From: Candidatus Uhrbacteria bacterium
GTDB lineage: Bacteria > Patescibacteriota > Patescibacteriia > UBA9934
Assembly: GCA_943359525.1 (NCBI GenBank)
Contig: CALRHV010000001.1
Coordinates: 7,181 to 71,180 of the forward strand
Direction: 5' to 3'
Length of the DNA: 64,000 bases
Notes under the pieces: model-generated
What the model saw: only the letters and a program-made list of their open reading frames with translations
The model's database searches: none
Told to the model about the DNA's origin: nothing
In this document: piece after piece, positions 22,868-32,352 of the stretch
Position numbering within the stretch: position 1 is the first letter of the stretch
Layout: the number at the start of each line of letters is the position of its first letter
Translations under genes and position numbers: made by a program

Positions 22868-22899
22868 TAGTAATGTTATGTCATCATATTACATTGCTA
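22868..22899. promoter_or_regulatory. Inverted repeat, probable TA operator
   Basis: TAGTAATGT-N14-ACATTGCTA immediately upstream of the antitoxin ATG. Confidence 0.5.
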
Positions 22900-22928
22900 A
22901 CACGGTGAAGTCAAACGTGCTCCTCATT

Positions 22929-23060
22929 TACCTCATCTCCGCCGGCAGGGAGTGCCGATCGGTAAAGAAAGCGATGCGTGTACTGACGGCACTTCAATCC
23001 GGCGAACTCTGCCCAATGGAATGAGAACCAGGAGAGAAGACATTAGGAAAGGCGTAAACG
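22929..23060 (+). pseudogene. Duplicated, decayed 3' end of ahpC
   Basis: Translates YLISAGRECRSVKKAMRVLTALQSGELCPME*EPGEKTLGKA*, versus ahpC ...RSVKEVLRVLTALQSGELCPMEWEPGEKTLGKA*. Confidence 0.9.
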
Positions 23061-23064
23061 AAAA

Positions 23065-23160
23065 CACGGTCACCCCAATTGTTCAGGATGACCGTGCGAG
23101 TGGTCACCCCTATCTTTCGGGATGACGTTGTAAGTGTCACTCCTATTGCGTTGGAGTGAC
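23065..23160. repeat. Three tandem related hairpins (33-34-bp period); the last on the minus strand may terminate 23179..23895
   Basis: GTCAC(C/T)CC-loop-GG(A/G)..TGAC units at 23069, 23103 and 23136. Confidence 0.7.
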
Positions 23161-23178
23161 CGTGTTTGCTGCCTTGGC

Positions 23179-23895
23179 CTAGGACTTTTTGGCGTCGATG
23201 GCCTTCTGCAGGGCGGCCAGCCCCTCAAACTTCATAGCCTTGGGTGCCTTCTTCGCTTCGGCCTTTTTGGCGACCGCCTTCTCCTTTTCCTTCGCCATCT
23301 TGATTGCGCGGGCCTCATCGGTGATCTTCTTGGCCTGACCGGCTTCGAGGAACCCGTGACGCACCATGCTTTCGCGGTAGCTCCGGTAGGATCCGGCCAG
23401 CTCGTCATTCTTGGCCATGCAGATCGAGCGCAGGTGCCGCTCGGCCGCTTCGGCATAGGTCTCGACACGCACCCGGTTCTGGGACTGGGACCACCGGACG
23501 ATGAGCACCGGTCGCTTCGTCATCTGGGAATAGTCGAGGAGCTTGCGCGCCTGATTCTCCCCGGAGTCCGAACGCCGTTTCATCTCGTGGTAGGCCTCGG
23601 TCGCGGCGTCGTCCGGCTTGCCGTACTGGCTCAGGATGGCAAATGCCACATCCCAGGCCTCCTTCTCCTTCCCGCCGTCAAGCAGGTCGTAGAAGTGGAA
23701 CGCGAGGTTCCACACGGTGTTGCGGCTGATCGACATACGACGACCGAACTCTGCGCCGAGCTTCTTCTCCGGACAGCAGATGAACCCACGCACAAAGTCG
23801 AAACGGCCGTGATCCTTCCCTTCGCGGGCCTTGAGGTTGGGGTGAATGAGGACGCCGAGCTTGCCGGCGTTGAGGGAGGGCTTATTGTCGGACAT
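23179..23895 (-). CDS. Hypothetical protein with Lys/Ala-rich C-terminus
   Basis: 238-aa ORF with GC-rich codon usage, GGAG RBS and an upstream promoter. Confidence 0.75.
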   Translation of the reverse strand: MSDNKPSLNAGKLGVLIHPNLKAREGKDHGRFDFVRGFICCPEKKLGAEFGRRMSISRNTVWNLAFHFYDLLDGGKEKEAWDVAFAILSQYGKPDDAATEAYHEMKRRSDSGENQARKLLDYSQMTKRPVLIVRWSQSQNRVRVETYAEAAERHLRSICMAKNDELAGSYRSYRESMVRHGFLEAGQAKKITDEARAIKMAKEKEKAVAKKAEAKKAPKAMKFEGLAALQKAIDAKKS

Positions 23896-23983
23896 GGTGA
23901 ACTCCGTATCTCTACTGATGAATGGAACGTGACAGGCGGGATATGACCGATTGCCGTTGGAACGGCTTTCAGATCAACAAACT

Positions 23984-24012
23984 ACTATACCACAAAATCA
24001 GCTCCTCGTCAA
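23984..24012 (-). promoter_or_regulatory. sigma70 promoter (TTGACG-17-TATAGT, extended -10); its -35 lies inside the upstream terminator hairpin
   Basis: Minus strand TTGACG aggagctgattttgtgg TATAGT. Confidence 0.7.
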
Positions 24013-24076
24013 GTGACGATGAGCTGATTCTTGGCTAATATTAGCTAAAAGTAATGTTAATATATCCTTCAGTTCA

Positions 24077-26602
24077 CTATCGTGCTCGCACCAAACCATC
24101 CAAAAGACGACGATCAAGAGAATCTGCTTTATTACTTTTCCTGAACCAGTCTGCGAATTGATGAATCACAGCCTGCTTCGTCGGACCACGCTGAAGCTGG
24201 ATTTGACGTTGGTATACGCTTAAGGAATCCATAATCCCCTTCAATGCAATCTTCTTGAGAATACGGTGGTTCGCAATAAACTCAAGTCCAGGAATTACAT
24301 CCGGTCTTCCTTCGACATAATTATGTAATTCCATCGTTGAACCCGTCCAATTTTTTGGACGTACCTGTCCTTCCTTATGACGAACCAGGGGTTCAGCAGA
24401 AGCAAAAATTCCATTCCAAATATCTTCGTGACCATGAACAGCGTCACTCGAAAATAATGAAAGCGCATCTGTTTTATTCACATCCGTCCGTATACCAATC
24501 CTATCCCACATCTCCATAAACGAACCGTCCTTCTGTTTTTTTAATAACGGCATCCCCGTATCCGGATCAATACGTAATTTGCATTCTTCTTCCAGAATAA
24601 ACCCATGCTTCTGATTGCGGTTTACATCATGAGAAAGTTTTCGCGCAAAAAGATATTCCCCAATAAACTCTTTCTCCGGGTAAAGTTCTGCAAATCGATT
24701 TTGAATCGTTCCCGAAATACCGTTATCAATCAAAATGATTCGCTGTGCGTTTTCTACACCGAGCCCTCTCAATTGTTCTCGCACAAGATCGTCGCTTGAT
24801 TTCACTGCGGACGCTCGAGATACTGGAATGTATTGAATCCTGTCCGCAGTGAGTCCAGGAAATCGTTCCGGAAAAAGTTTAAGTAATTGTCGTTGAATAA
24901 GAAACATCGCAATAGCGTCTCGACCAAGGCAAAGACTCATAGTTCCCTTTGGGCTCTCAGCCAAGCGTTGCAATGTATGTTCGGCAAACTGAATGACTAA
25001 AGGACCATATTTGTCTCGACTCATTTCATACACTCGCTCGGCAAATGGCCGAAGGGCCTCCGGAGTGATAGTTTTTTTCACGCGATCGAAATATTCATTT
25101 GCACCGCCAGTGAGGTATTCTCGCTGAGTTTGCAGTGCGATATCTGCATACTTCTCAGAATGAATGTCCATTGATTGGAACGCTTTGTTTTGAATCAGCG
25201 CGTTTGGGCGTTTCAGAACTACGCCTTTTGCCCCAATACGCTGCGGAGCCTTTTGGTCGTTTTCTGAATGATCACCAACGTGAACCAGCGCTTCCGGAGC
25301 CACACCAAGTCTCCGGCAGGCTTCTCGAAAAATTGTACCATTTGGATCCTTTGGGGATTTCAACATGCCGTGTTCAGATGACACGATAACCTCATCAAAA
25401 TAGTCAAAAAGTCCAAAGCGTTTCAACAAACGCTCAACAGATTCTTGACTATATGAAAAGTTTGAAATGACCGCGAGCTTTTTTCCACGTGATCGCAAAT
25501 CCTCAAGCGTCGATTTTGCGCCTGGCATTACCACAGCTGTCGCCCCATCCGCTAAGCAGTACACACCTTCAAGCTCTTGAGCCAATGCCCGAATCTGTAC
25601 TGGGTCGATAGGACGCCTTTCGTTCAGCGCAATTTTTTGAATAACAAGCTCGAGAGCATCCACTTGCTTATAGTCTCGCAACGTCTGTTCCCTTCGCAGT
25701 CGAAAATCGTGTAGCACACTATCTCGAAGCTTCCGAAGGTCCTTCTCAGAAATTCCAAAACCCTTTTCACGTAAAAAAGCAGTTGCATCACTATTCATTC
25801 GTTCTTGACGCTCAGCCGAATTGGAGGAGAATTGTACAAGCGTATCGAACATGTCATACGTTACCGCCTTTACTCGCTCACCTGCACGGGCAACATACGG
25901 AAGGATATCTGCGTGCTCCTGAATATTCTGAGGAAACTTTGCTTCACGCAATTCCTGCAGCACTTCGTCACGATCTGTTCTCACTCGCGCCGCGTATCCA
26001 GAAACGGATCGCGCAATATTCATCATTTCTGCGCGATCAATAAACGATCTACGTGGCTGACCATCAGCGCGCATCGGCCATTCAAGACCTTTCATTCCTA
26101 CCGCCTCAAGCTGATGATACGACTCAAGGATATCCCGAATTCGCTCCTTATGATGCTGTACGTGCGCTGGAGTGATGCCATCCAATGTAATAACTCGTTC
26201 ATACGCAACCTTTTTTCGCGCATGAAATGCCTGAAGATCCTCCTCTCGTCCGCGTGCGGGAAAGCACAGCGCAATAATTTCAATGTGCTTTTGTGGCGAT
26301 CCTCTCATTTCCTGAACAACTGCAATAGCTGCTTCGCGCCCAATCGATCCACGCTCTACTGCCACGGACAACGGAACAGAAAATACCGCGAGACTCGTTC
26401 TCTCCTGCAAAAAGCGGGCAACAACAGCTTGCTCACCTTCCATGAGAAACGTATCCATTGATTTTTTCAAACACCGCCGTGATTCCTGCTCAAAGCCACC
26501 TTCCTGCACAACACACTGAACATCCTGAATATGCCGTTCCTTTCGAACAGTTTCACCCTTATTCACTGTCACGATTTTTGAATCAGCAAATCCAATAGCC
26601 AT
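24077..26602 (-). CDS. HAD-family phosphatase domain plus C-terminal PRTase-like domain protein
   Basis: HAD motifs 'YDMFDTLV', 'ISN', 'K', 'HVGDHSEND'; then 'CLGRDA', 'YIPVSRAS', 'LIDNGISGTIQ'. Confidence 0.7.
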   Translation of the reverse strand: MAIGFADSKIVTVNKGETVRKERHIQDVQCVVQEGGFEQESRRCLKKSMDTFLMEGEQAVVARFLQERTSLAVFSVPLSVAVERGSIGREAAIAVVQEMRGSPQKHIEIIALCFPARGREEDLQAFHARKKVAYERVITLDGITPAHVQHHKERIRDILESYHQLEAVGMKGLEWPMRADGQPRRSFIDRAEMMNIARSVSGYAARVRTDRDEVLQELREAKFPQNIQEHADILPYVARAGERVKAVTYDMFDTLVQFSSNSAERQERMNSDATAFLREKGFGISEKDLRKLRDSVLHDFRLRREQTLRDYKQVDALELVIQKIALNERRPIDPVQIRALAQELEGVYCLADGATAVVMPGAKSTLEDLRSRGKKLAVISNFSYSQESVERLLKRFGLFDYFDEVIVSSEHGMLKSPKDPNGTIFREACRRLGVAPEALVHVGDHSENDQKAPQRIGAKGVVLKRPNALIQNKAFQSMDIHSEKYADIALQTQREYLTGGANEYFDRVKKTITPEALRPFAERVYEMSRDKYGPLVIQFAEHTLQRLAESPKGTMSLCLGRDAIAMFLIQRQLLKLFPERFPGLTADRIQYIPVSRASAVKSSDDLVREQLRGLGVENAQRIILIDNGISGTIQNRFAELYPEKEFIGEYLFARKLSHDVNRNQKHGFILEEECKLRIDPDTGMPLLKKQKDGSFMEMWDRIGIRTDVNKTDALSLFSSDAVHGHEDIWNGIFASAEPLVRHKEGQVRPKNWTGSTMELHNYVEGRPDVIPGLEFIANHRILKKIALKGIMDSLSVYQRQIQLQRGPTKQAVIHQFADWFRKSNKADSLDRRLLDGLVRAR

Positions 26603-26604
26603 AC

Positions 26605-29600
26605 CTACACATCGAGAGTCAAAATTTGAGCAATCTCAACTGCGCGATCGATGTCCTCTTGCCTCGTCATATCCGGATGCTCAGAGAGGTACAGAGACAC
26701 GATATCAACGATTTCGTCACGTTCAGTGTCAGTTGCTAACAAGGAAACTCTTTCATTTACAGCGGCGCCGTGCATGGTTCGCGCAACGTCGTACTCAACG
26801 TGGCCAAAGTGCCGCATACGTTCAACTTCTCCAACCATCTTCATGAATGCCTTTTGCTCAGATGCCGGAGTTTTCTGGAAAAGTACCTGCAGTAATTCAA
26901 CCATCATTTCCTGAACTTCTACGGGCTCATCGCCAAACTTTTCCGACACAAATGTGCGAATGGATTTCGCGTTCTTTTCCCTTGATTTCGAACGTCCAAC
27001 TTCAGCCCCCGAAATTGGACTCTCATCTCCAGATTCTGTTCCGCTTTCAACACCAGAAATCACTGGCTCAAATTCAGATCCTCCCGGCGGCAGATCGTCC
27101 CCACCCGGTGGCGGCATGCGAGGTGTCCTTCTCTTCCTTGGCTCCATTGGTGTGCGAACGTTGCCCGGAAGGAACCATGGAACCGCGACTGGTGGGACGT
27201 TCGGGCCGGTTGCAAAGTCAATTTGAGTGACGTGCTGGTTAACACTTTCGCTGATATCGGTGGAGGTGATTCCGGAATGCACTCCTTCGCCCTGTGCTGT
27301 TGCAAGAATATTAAAGTGGTTCACGCCGTGCGCGTCGAAGCCCTTTGAGATTCCGATCTCAGCGTGGTGATACAGCGGAACAACCTTACCGTGTTCAATA
27401 CGGAAGAAGGTCTTGCCGATATCGGAATCCGGATCAATGTGGAACTGACCATGCTGATCACACAGAACCTCAATGACACTATTCTGCGAACCACTGTTCA
27501 TTGTGAGCAAAAGGCGAAGTTTGCGCTCCACAATTTCCTTAGGTGCGTCTTCACTGAGCGCGTCGTGGAAGGAACCATCCGACGTCATATAGCCCGCGGA
27601 CATCACAATCTGGCCGTTTGCATCCAATCCGGTTTCGTTTACTCCACCCCATTCTAATTTCAGCTCGTTCCAATCTGCCCCAAGCCACTTTTGCAGCGCA
27701 TCAGAAAAATGCATTGGTGTGTCATTGTCCATCCAATGGTCGCGATACACTTTTTGCATTGCATGATGACGCAACCAATCCCACGTGCTTTCGGTGCTCG
27801 TCACCGTTGATGACGAATTCACCCACTGATCGGACTCAACAATATTTGCGCTAGCACCTCGCAACGTTGCCTCCGATGCAGCGTCGAGATGACCGAATTC
27901 GTTGATGTGCAATCCCGAAGCAATTGTACGATGATCGGCAACCGACTCAAGAACGTAGCTTCCGTCGGCTTGAGGAACGAGATCGGTTCCCGCTGGGGTG
28001 GTGAACATTCCCCCGCCAATCGTCTCCACATTCGCTGGTCCGACCGCCGCAACAGGCGCATTGTCAAAGTACGCCATAAGTGCTCGTCCAGCACTTGCAA
28101 TAGTCGTGTCTGCTCCCGAAACAAAATGGCTCCAAAGATCATGAACAACCGTTCCAACGACGGCACCAATCACCATCGTCGTTGCGCCACGCTTCAACGC
28201 GACACGATTCGACCACGAAGCAAAAGCGCTATGTTGCTTCTGAACAGCGCTTTCTTTTCCGTACAACGCACCTTCGCTCATCGCGAGTCTTTCATTGAAC
28301 ACCTCAGTGAAATTCCCCATCGCTTCAGCATATCTCGATCGAAGTGCAGCCTTCAGTTGTGCTCGAGCAAGATCGAGATCCATTCGCTCAACCTCGGCTT
28401 CGGCAACGTTTGTATATTTCAGCAAATCAACCTTTTCGCGATCGCTGATGCGAATCCTTGCCTCGATGTCCGCAAGCGCAGACATCGCGTCTCTGTCGTC
28501 AACATCACCACGTAATTCGCGACCGCTCAGGAATCCACGGGCACTTTCCGCGAGCCCCTTTGCACTTTCACGAGCAAGTTCAAACTGCTCCATCTCGGCA
28601 CGCCGAGGCTGAACCGCGCGACCGCTATCCAATTCCTTAATCTCATTCTCAATCGCGTGTCGCTCCATGACATTCCACCACTTGAGGTTTCCCATCTGAT
28701 TGAGCAACTCCGATTTCCTCGCGAGGAGGTCGTCATTCCGCGTTTCCCCACCAAGCGCCATCTGACGCTCATGGAGCGATCGTTCGCGACCCAGTCGGCT
28801 CTTTTCTTTATACGCGCTGTACGCACCAGTCACAACCAAGGACGATCCAGATGATGCGAGCGCAGCAGCACCAGCTTTCACACGTCCGTAAATTCCACCA
28901 ACTACCCAGGCCGTGCCAAGCGCCACAGAAATCTCATTGTGAAACACGTTCAAAACGCCAGAACCAACTCGTGTTGTTGAGCCGTATCGTTGTAATCCGT
29001 CGAGCGCCTTATCGAGAAGATTCCTGTCTCGTTCCGTTCGTGCACCAAGTTTTGCTTTACCGATAACAATTTCAAGATCGATATCGAGATTCGCAATACC
29101 ACCAGCGTGCGCTGCGTGTTGACGAACTTGTTCGGCGAGCTTTTCCAAATTGTCGGCGTACATCACGCCACGGCCCTTTGCGTCGCCAGCGAGTTTGTTG
29201 GCTGCTGCGAAAATCTCATCTTTTCTTGCGTTGAGTTCACCCGCATCCATTTCTGGATTCGTCGCGTACTCACGAACGAGTGCCTCAAGATCCTTTTTGA
29301 CCGCCTTCTCTGCAGCACTGTCGCCAAAGACCTTCTTCTTTTCCGCAGTCTTCCCTTCTCCATGAAGGAATCCATCGTACTCGGTAACAAACCGATCAAC
29401 AACAGCACCGGTTGCTCGGCGATGCGCGTCGCGGTCGAAATTATCGGACGCGTACAGGTTCTTCTCGTTAAGAATCTTGGCGCGCGATCGCGAGATGGCG
29501 ATTTGACGATAGATTTCGTAGCAAATGTTGTGTTTGAAAATCTTTGCAAAAAATCCCGCATCTATTTTTTCAGCGTGCAACGACTCTTCCGCAGTGTCGC

Positions 29601-30099
29601 GAGCCCTATCCTCGACAGCTTCCGAAACATCCACAGCGCCGTATCGTAATTTCAATGGCACCTTTGGAGCCTCGTCATCCTCAAGCTCGGCGACCACTGG
29701 CGTTGGCGGCACTCGTGTTGTACCCGTTGGCACAACCTCGGGACCTTCTGGAACCGGATCCCCGTCAACCGATCCAATCAACCGCGCGGCAATCTCCACG
29801 CGCTCAAGATCAAGCGAGGCAATGGAACGGTGAAGTTTTCCGTTCTCAATGAGCACCGGAGCTTCGTCGTCGCCCTTGCTGACAGCAACAATTTTCCAGT
29901 CTTCGCCGTCGAGATGAATAATGTCGTTCTTTCCAATGCGCCGCGCAAAACGTGCCTGTGCCTCCGCGCTGGCTTCTGCAGATTGATTGTAGTCTGTCCA
30001 TCCTGCGTGGACCGCCTTCAAGACGCGATCCAACATACTCATCGTTGGTCGCGATTCTCTGGACGATTCTGGCGAATGAGATCGTGCTGGTGCAACCAT
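26605..30099 (-). CDS. Large hypothetical protein (1164 aa) with coiled-coil, Gly/Ala-rich hydrophobic segments and a Pro-rich linker
   Basis: Uninterrupted long ORF, tightly coupled to its neighbours. Confidence 0.8.
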   Translation of the reverse strand: MVAPARSHSPESSRESRPTMSMLDRVLKAVHAGWTDYNQSAEASAEAQARFARRIGKNDIIHLDGEDWKIVAVSKGDDEAPVLIENGKLHRSIASLDLERVEIAARLIGSVDGDPVPEGPEVVPTGTTRVPPTPVVAELEDDEAPKVPLKLRYGAVDVSEAVEDRARDTAEESLHAEKIDAGFFAKIFKHNICYEIYRQIAISRSRAKILNEKNLYASDNFDRDAHRRATGAVVDRFVTEYDGFLHGEGKTAEKKKVFGDSAAEKAVKKDLEALVREYATNPEMDAGELNARKDEIFAAANKLAGDAKGRGVMYADNLEKLAEQVRQHAAHAGGIANLDIDLEIVIGKAKLGARTERDRNLLDKALDGLQRYGSTTRVGSGVLNVFHNEISVALGTAWVVGGIYGRVKAGAAALASSGSSLVVTGAYSAYKEKSRLGRERSLHERQMALGGETRNDDLLARKSELLNQMGNLKWWNVMERHAIENEIKELDSGRAVQPRRAEMEQFELARESAKGLAESARGFLSGRELRGDVDDRDAMSALADIEARIRISDREKVDLLKYTNVAEAEVERMDLDLARAQLKAALRSRYAEAMGNFTEVFNERLAMSEGALYGKESAVQKQHSAFASWSNRVALKRGATTMVIGAVVGTVVHDLWSHFVSGADTTIASAGRALMAYFDNAPVAAVGPANVETIGGGMFTTPAGTDLVPQADGSYVLESVADHRTIASGLHINEFGHLDAASEATLRGASANIVESDQWVNSSSTVTSTESTWDWLRHHAMQKVYRDHWMDNDTPMHFSDALQKWLGADWNELKLEWGGVNETGLDANGQIVMSAGYMTSDGSFHDALSEDAPKEIVERKLRLLLTMNSGSQNSVIEVLCDQHGQFHIDPDSDIGKTFFRIEHGKVVPLYHHAEIGISKGFDAHGVNHFNILATAQGEGVHSGITSTDISESVNQHVTQIDFATGPNVPPVAVPWFLPGNVRTPMEPRKRRTPRMPPPGGDDLPPGGSEFEPVISGVESGTESGDESPISGAEVGRSKSREKNAKSIRTFVSEKFGDEPVEVQEMMVELLQVLFQKTPASEQKAFMKMVGEVERMRHFGHVEYDVARTMHGAAVNERVSLLATDTERDEIVDIVSLYLSEHPDMTRQEDIDRAVEIAQILTLDV

Positions 30100-30103
30100 A
30101 CGA

Positions 30104-30403
30104 TTAGCTTAAGTATGACGTACGGAAATCCATGAGCGTTCGTGCGAGCACTTCTTGGTAGTTTGGCACATTGCTGACGAAAAACTCGCGAACAATATCC
30201 GGTTCAGCATCCGCATCAAGGAGATCGTTCAGCTCCTCAACCTTGTCTGTTTCGAGCAAGGCAACCATTTCTGCGTTCAAACGTTCGCCGATACGCGTGA
30301 GAAGATCCGCACGAAGCTCGGCAAGAACCGCCTCGTCAACCGATGCAAGCCCACGTTCCACGAGCAAATTTTCTACGAACTGTTCAAGCGTTGGAGCTGC
30401 CAT
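30104..30403 (-). CDS. Small acidic helical protein, DUF5663-like
   Basis: 99 aa from MAAPT; 'FFVSNVPNYQEVLARTLMDFRTSYL'. Confidence 0.65.
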   Translation of the reverse strand: MAAPTLEQFVENLLVERGLASVDEAVLAELRADLLTRIGERLNAEMVALLETDKVEELNDLLDADAEPDIVREFFVSNVPNYQEVLARTLMDFRTSYLS

Positions 30404-30481
30404 AGCAAAAAGCAAAGAGTATTGCTTCAAGTATAACAAATGCACACCTCATCGATGTGATGAGGTGTGCATGGTTCCGGT

Positions 30482-31987
30482 CTACATTCGTTCTACCAGC
30501 TCCACCAAAGTTCGCACGCCGTGACCGGTTCCGCCTTTACCGAGGTAACTCGCCATCGGCTTTTCTGCGAAGGCGGGGCCCGCGATGTCCAAATGAACCC
30601 ACGGCTGACCGTCGACAAATTCTTCGAGGAAAAGACCAGCAGTGAGCGATCCGCCGTATCGCGACGTTGGGATGTTCCGAAGATCTGCGATATCGGATTC
30701 GATGAGTGATCGATACCGTTTCTCCAAAGGCATGCGCCACATTTTCTCGCCAGCGTCGTCGGCAGAATCGAGAACCGACTGTGCGAGCTCGTCATTGTTG
30801 CTCATCAATCCGGTGATCTCCTCACCGAGCGCAACGACACAGGCGCCGGTCAGCGTTGCGAGATCCACCATAGCGGTCGGTTCAAGCTTCTTTGCATACG
30901 TCAGCGCATCGGCCAGCGTAAGGCGACCTTCAGCGTCGGTGTTAAGGATTTCGATCGTTTTTCCGTTGCTTGCTTTTACGATATCGCCTGGTCGAATCGC
31001 TTTACCGGAAGGCATGTTCTCGACGGCCGCAACGATGCCGTGCACTTCGCAGCGAGGTTGAAGCTGGCCGAGAACCGTGAAGAATCCAAGTACTGCCGCA
31101 GCGCCGGCCATGTCGCACTTCATGGTCATCATTCCGTCGCCTGGCTTCAGCGACAATCCACCGGAGTCGAACGTGACGCCTTTACCGATGACGGCTAGGC
31201 GCTTTCGGCTCGATCGTTCTGGAGTGTAGGTAAGATGCAAGAACTTCAACGGTTCATCGGATCCATTCCCTACCGCGACGTACGAACCCATGCCGAGCTC
31301 TTCGCATTCTGCGCGATCGAGAACCTTCAACGAGAAATTCTTTCCCGCTTCCTTCACGATGCGCTCCGCAGCCTCGGCGAGTGCAGACGGCGTCATCACT
31401 TGCGCTGGCATATTCACAAGATCACGCGCAACAGCAACGCCACCAGCAATCGCACAGCCTCGCTCGACGGCTTTCCGAACGCGAAGCACGTCGCGACCCT
31501 CGCGAATCACCAACGTCATTTCCTTCATGCGTTTTGCGCCGTTCTTTTCCTTGTACGTATCGAACGCGTAGTCAGCAAGCTGTGCTGCAACCACCATCGC
31601 TTCCGCAACATCCGCGACATCGCCTTCATCGGACACGGGGATTTCGACCGCGAGCGTCTTGGCTCCAAATCGGCGGGTGCAAGCAATCGCGGTGCCAATC
31701 ATTTCGCGAGCAGATTCGAGCGTGGCGTCTTTCATTAATCCCAGACCGATCACCAAGATGTGGTGGTGCGCAGCATCGTGGACGTCGATCGCAACAGCCT
31801 CTCCAACCTTGCCCACGAACTCTGTTGCTTTCATCGATCGCGCCGCAGTCTTTCGGACCGATTCTGGCAATCGCGCAACGATCGATTCCGTCGAGAATCC
31901 CTCGCCAGCAAACACCGGAAGTACGAGCACCTCGGCTTTTGCGGAAAACAGATCCATTTTTTCTCCAAGGATATTCATAGCATTCAT
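30482..31987 (-). CDS. pepA: Leucyl aminopeptidase (M17)
   Basis: 'GKGVTFDSGG', 'MKCDMAGAA', 'NTDAEGRL', 'ATLTGA'. Confidence 0.96.
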   Translation of the reverse strand: MNAMNILGEKMDLFSAKAEVLVLPVFAGEGFSTESIVARLPESVRKTAARSMKATEFVGKVGEAVAIDVHDAAHHHILVIGLGLMKDATLESAREMIGTAIACTRRFGAKTLAVEIPVSDEGDVADVAEAMVVAAQLADYAFDTYKEKNGAKRMKEMTLVIREGRDVLRVRKAVERGCAIAGGVAVARDLVNMPAQVMTPSALAEAAERIVKEAGKNFSLKVLDRAECEELGMGSYVAVGNGSDEPLKFLHLTYTPERSSRKRLAVIGKGVTFDSGGLSLKPGDGMMTMKCDMAGAAAVLGFFTVLGQLQPRCEVHGIVAAVENMPSGKAIRPGDIVKASNGKTIEILNTDAEGRLTLADALTYAKKLEPTAMVDLATLTGACVVALGEEITGLMSNNDELAQSVLDSADDAGEKMWRMPLEKRYRSLIESDIADLRNIPTSRYGGSLTAGLFLEEFVDGQPWVHLDIAGPAFAEKPMASYLGKGGTGHGVRTLVELVERM

Positions 31988-31997
31988 AATCCTCCGA

Positions 31998-32288
31998 TTA
32001 AGAACTCAAGTACTTACGCATCTTAGTCACAAGCTCGGGGATATCGTCAATGTGAACATCCCCAAACATCGCGTCCATTGGCATGAAGGCGACGGTCGGG
32101 CCTTCTTTGCAATGATCCATGCACGAGGTCGATAAGACGCGGACGGGCAATCCGGCAGTTTTCATCGCCTCTTTGATTGCCGCCCGAAGTCCTGGCTCGG
32201 TAACACCACAGGATTCCCGGCCATCATCCCTGCGGTTTTCGCACACCAGAACAAAGGCTTTGTGTAGTTTTTGGCTAATATCATGCAT
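31998..32288 (-). CDS. Thioredoxin-like (2Fe-2S) ferredoxin-domain protein
   Basis: 'VLVCENRR...SCG...TSCMDHCKEGP'; start taken at MHDISQ. Confidence 0.8.
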   Translation of the reverse strand: MHDISQKLHKAFVLVCENRRDDGRESCGVTEPGLRAAIKEAMKTAGLPVRVLSTSCMDHCKEGPTVAFMPMDAMFGDVHIDDIPELVTKMRKYLSS

Positions 32289-32352
32289 ATTTGGTTGACG
32301 ATAATCGAACGATACGGCATACTCTACACCATCATTCGATTCCCATTTCATT

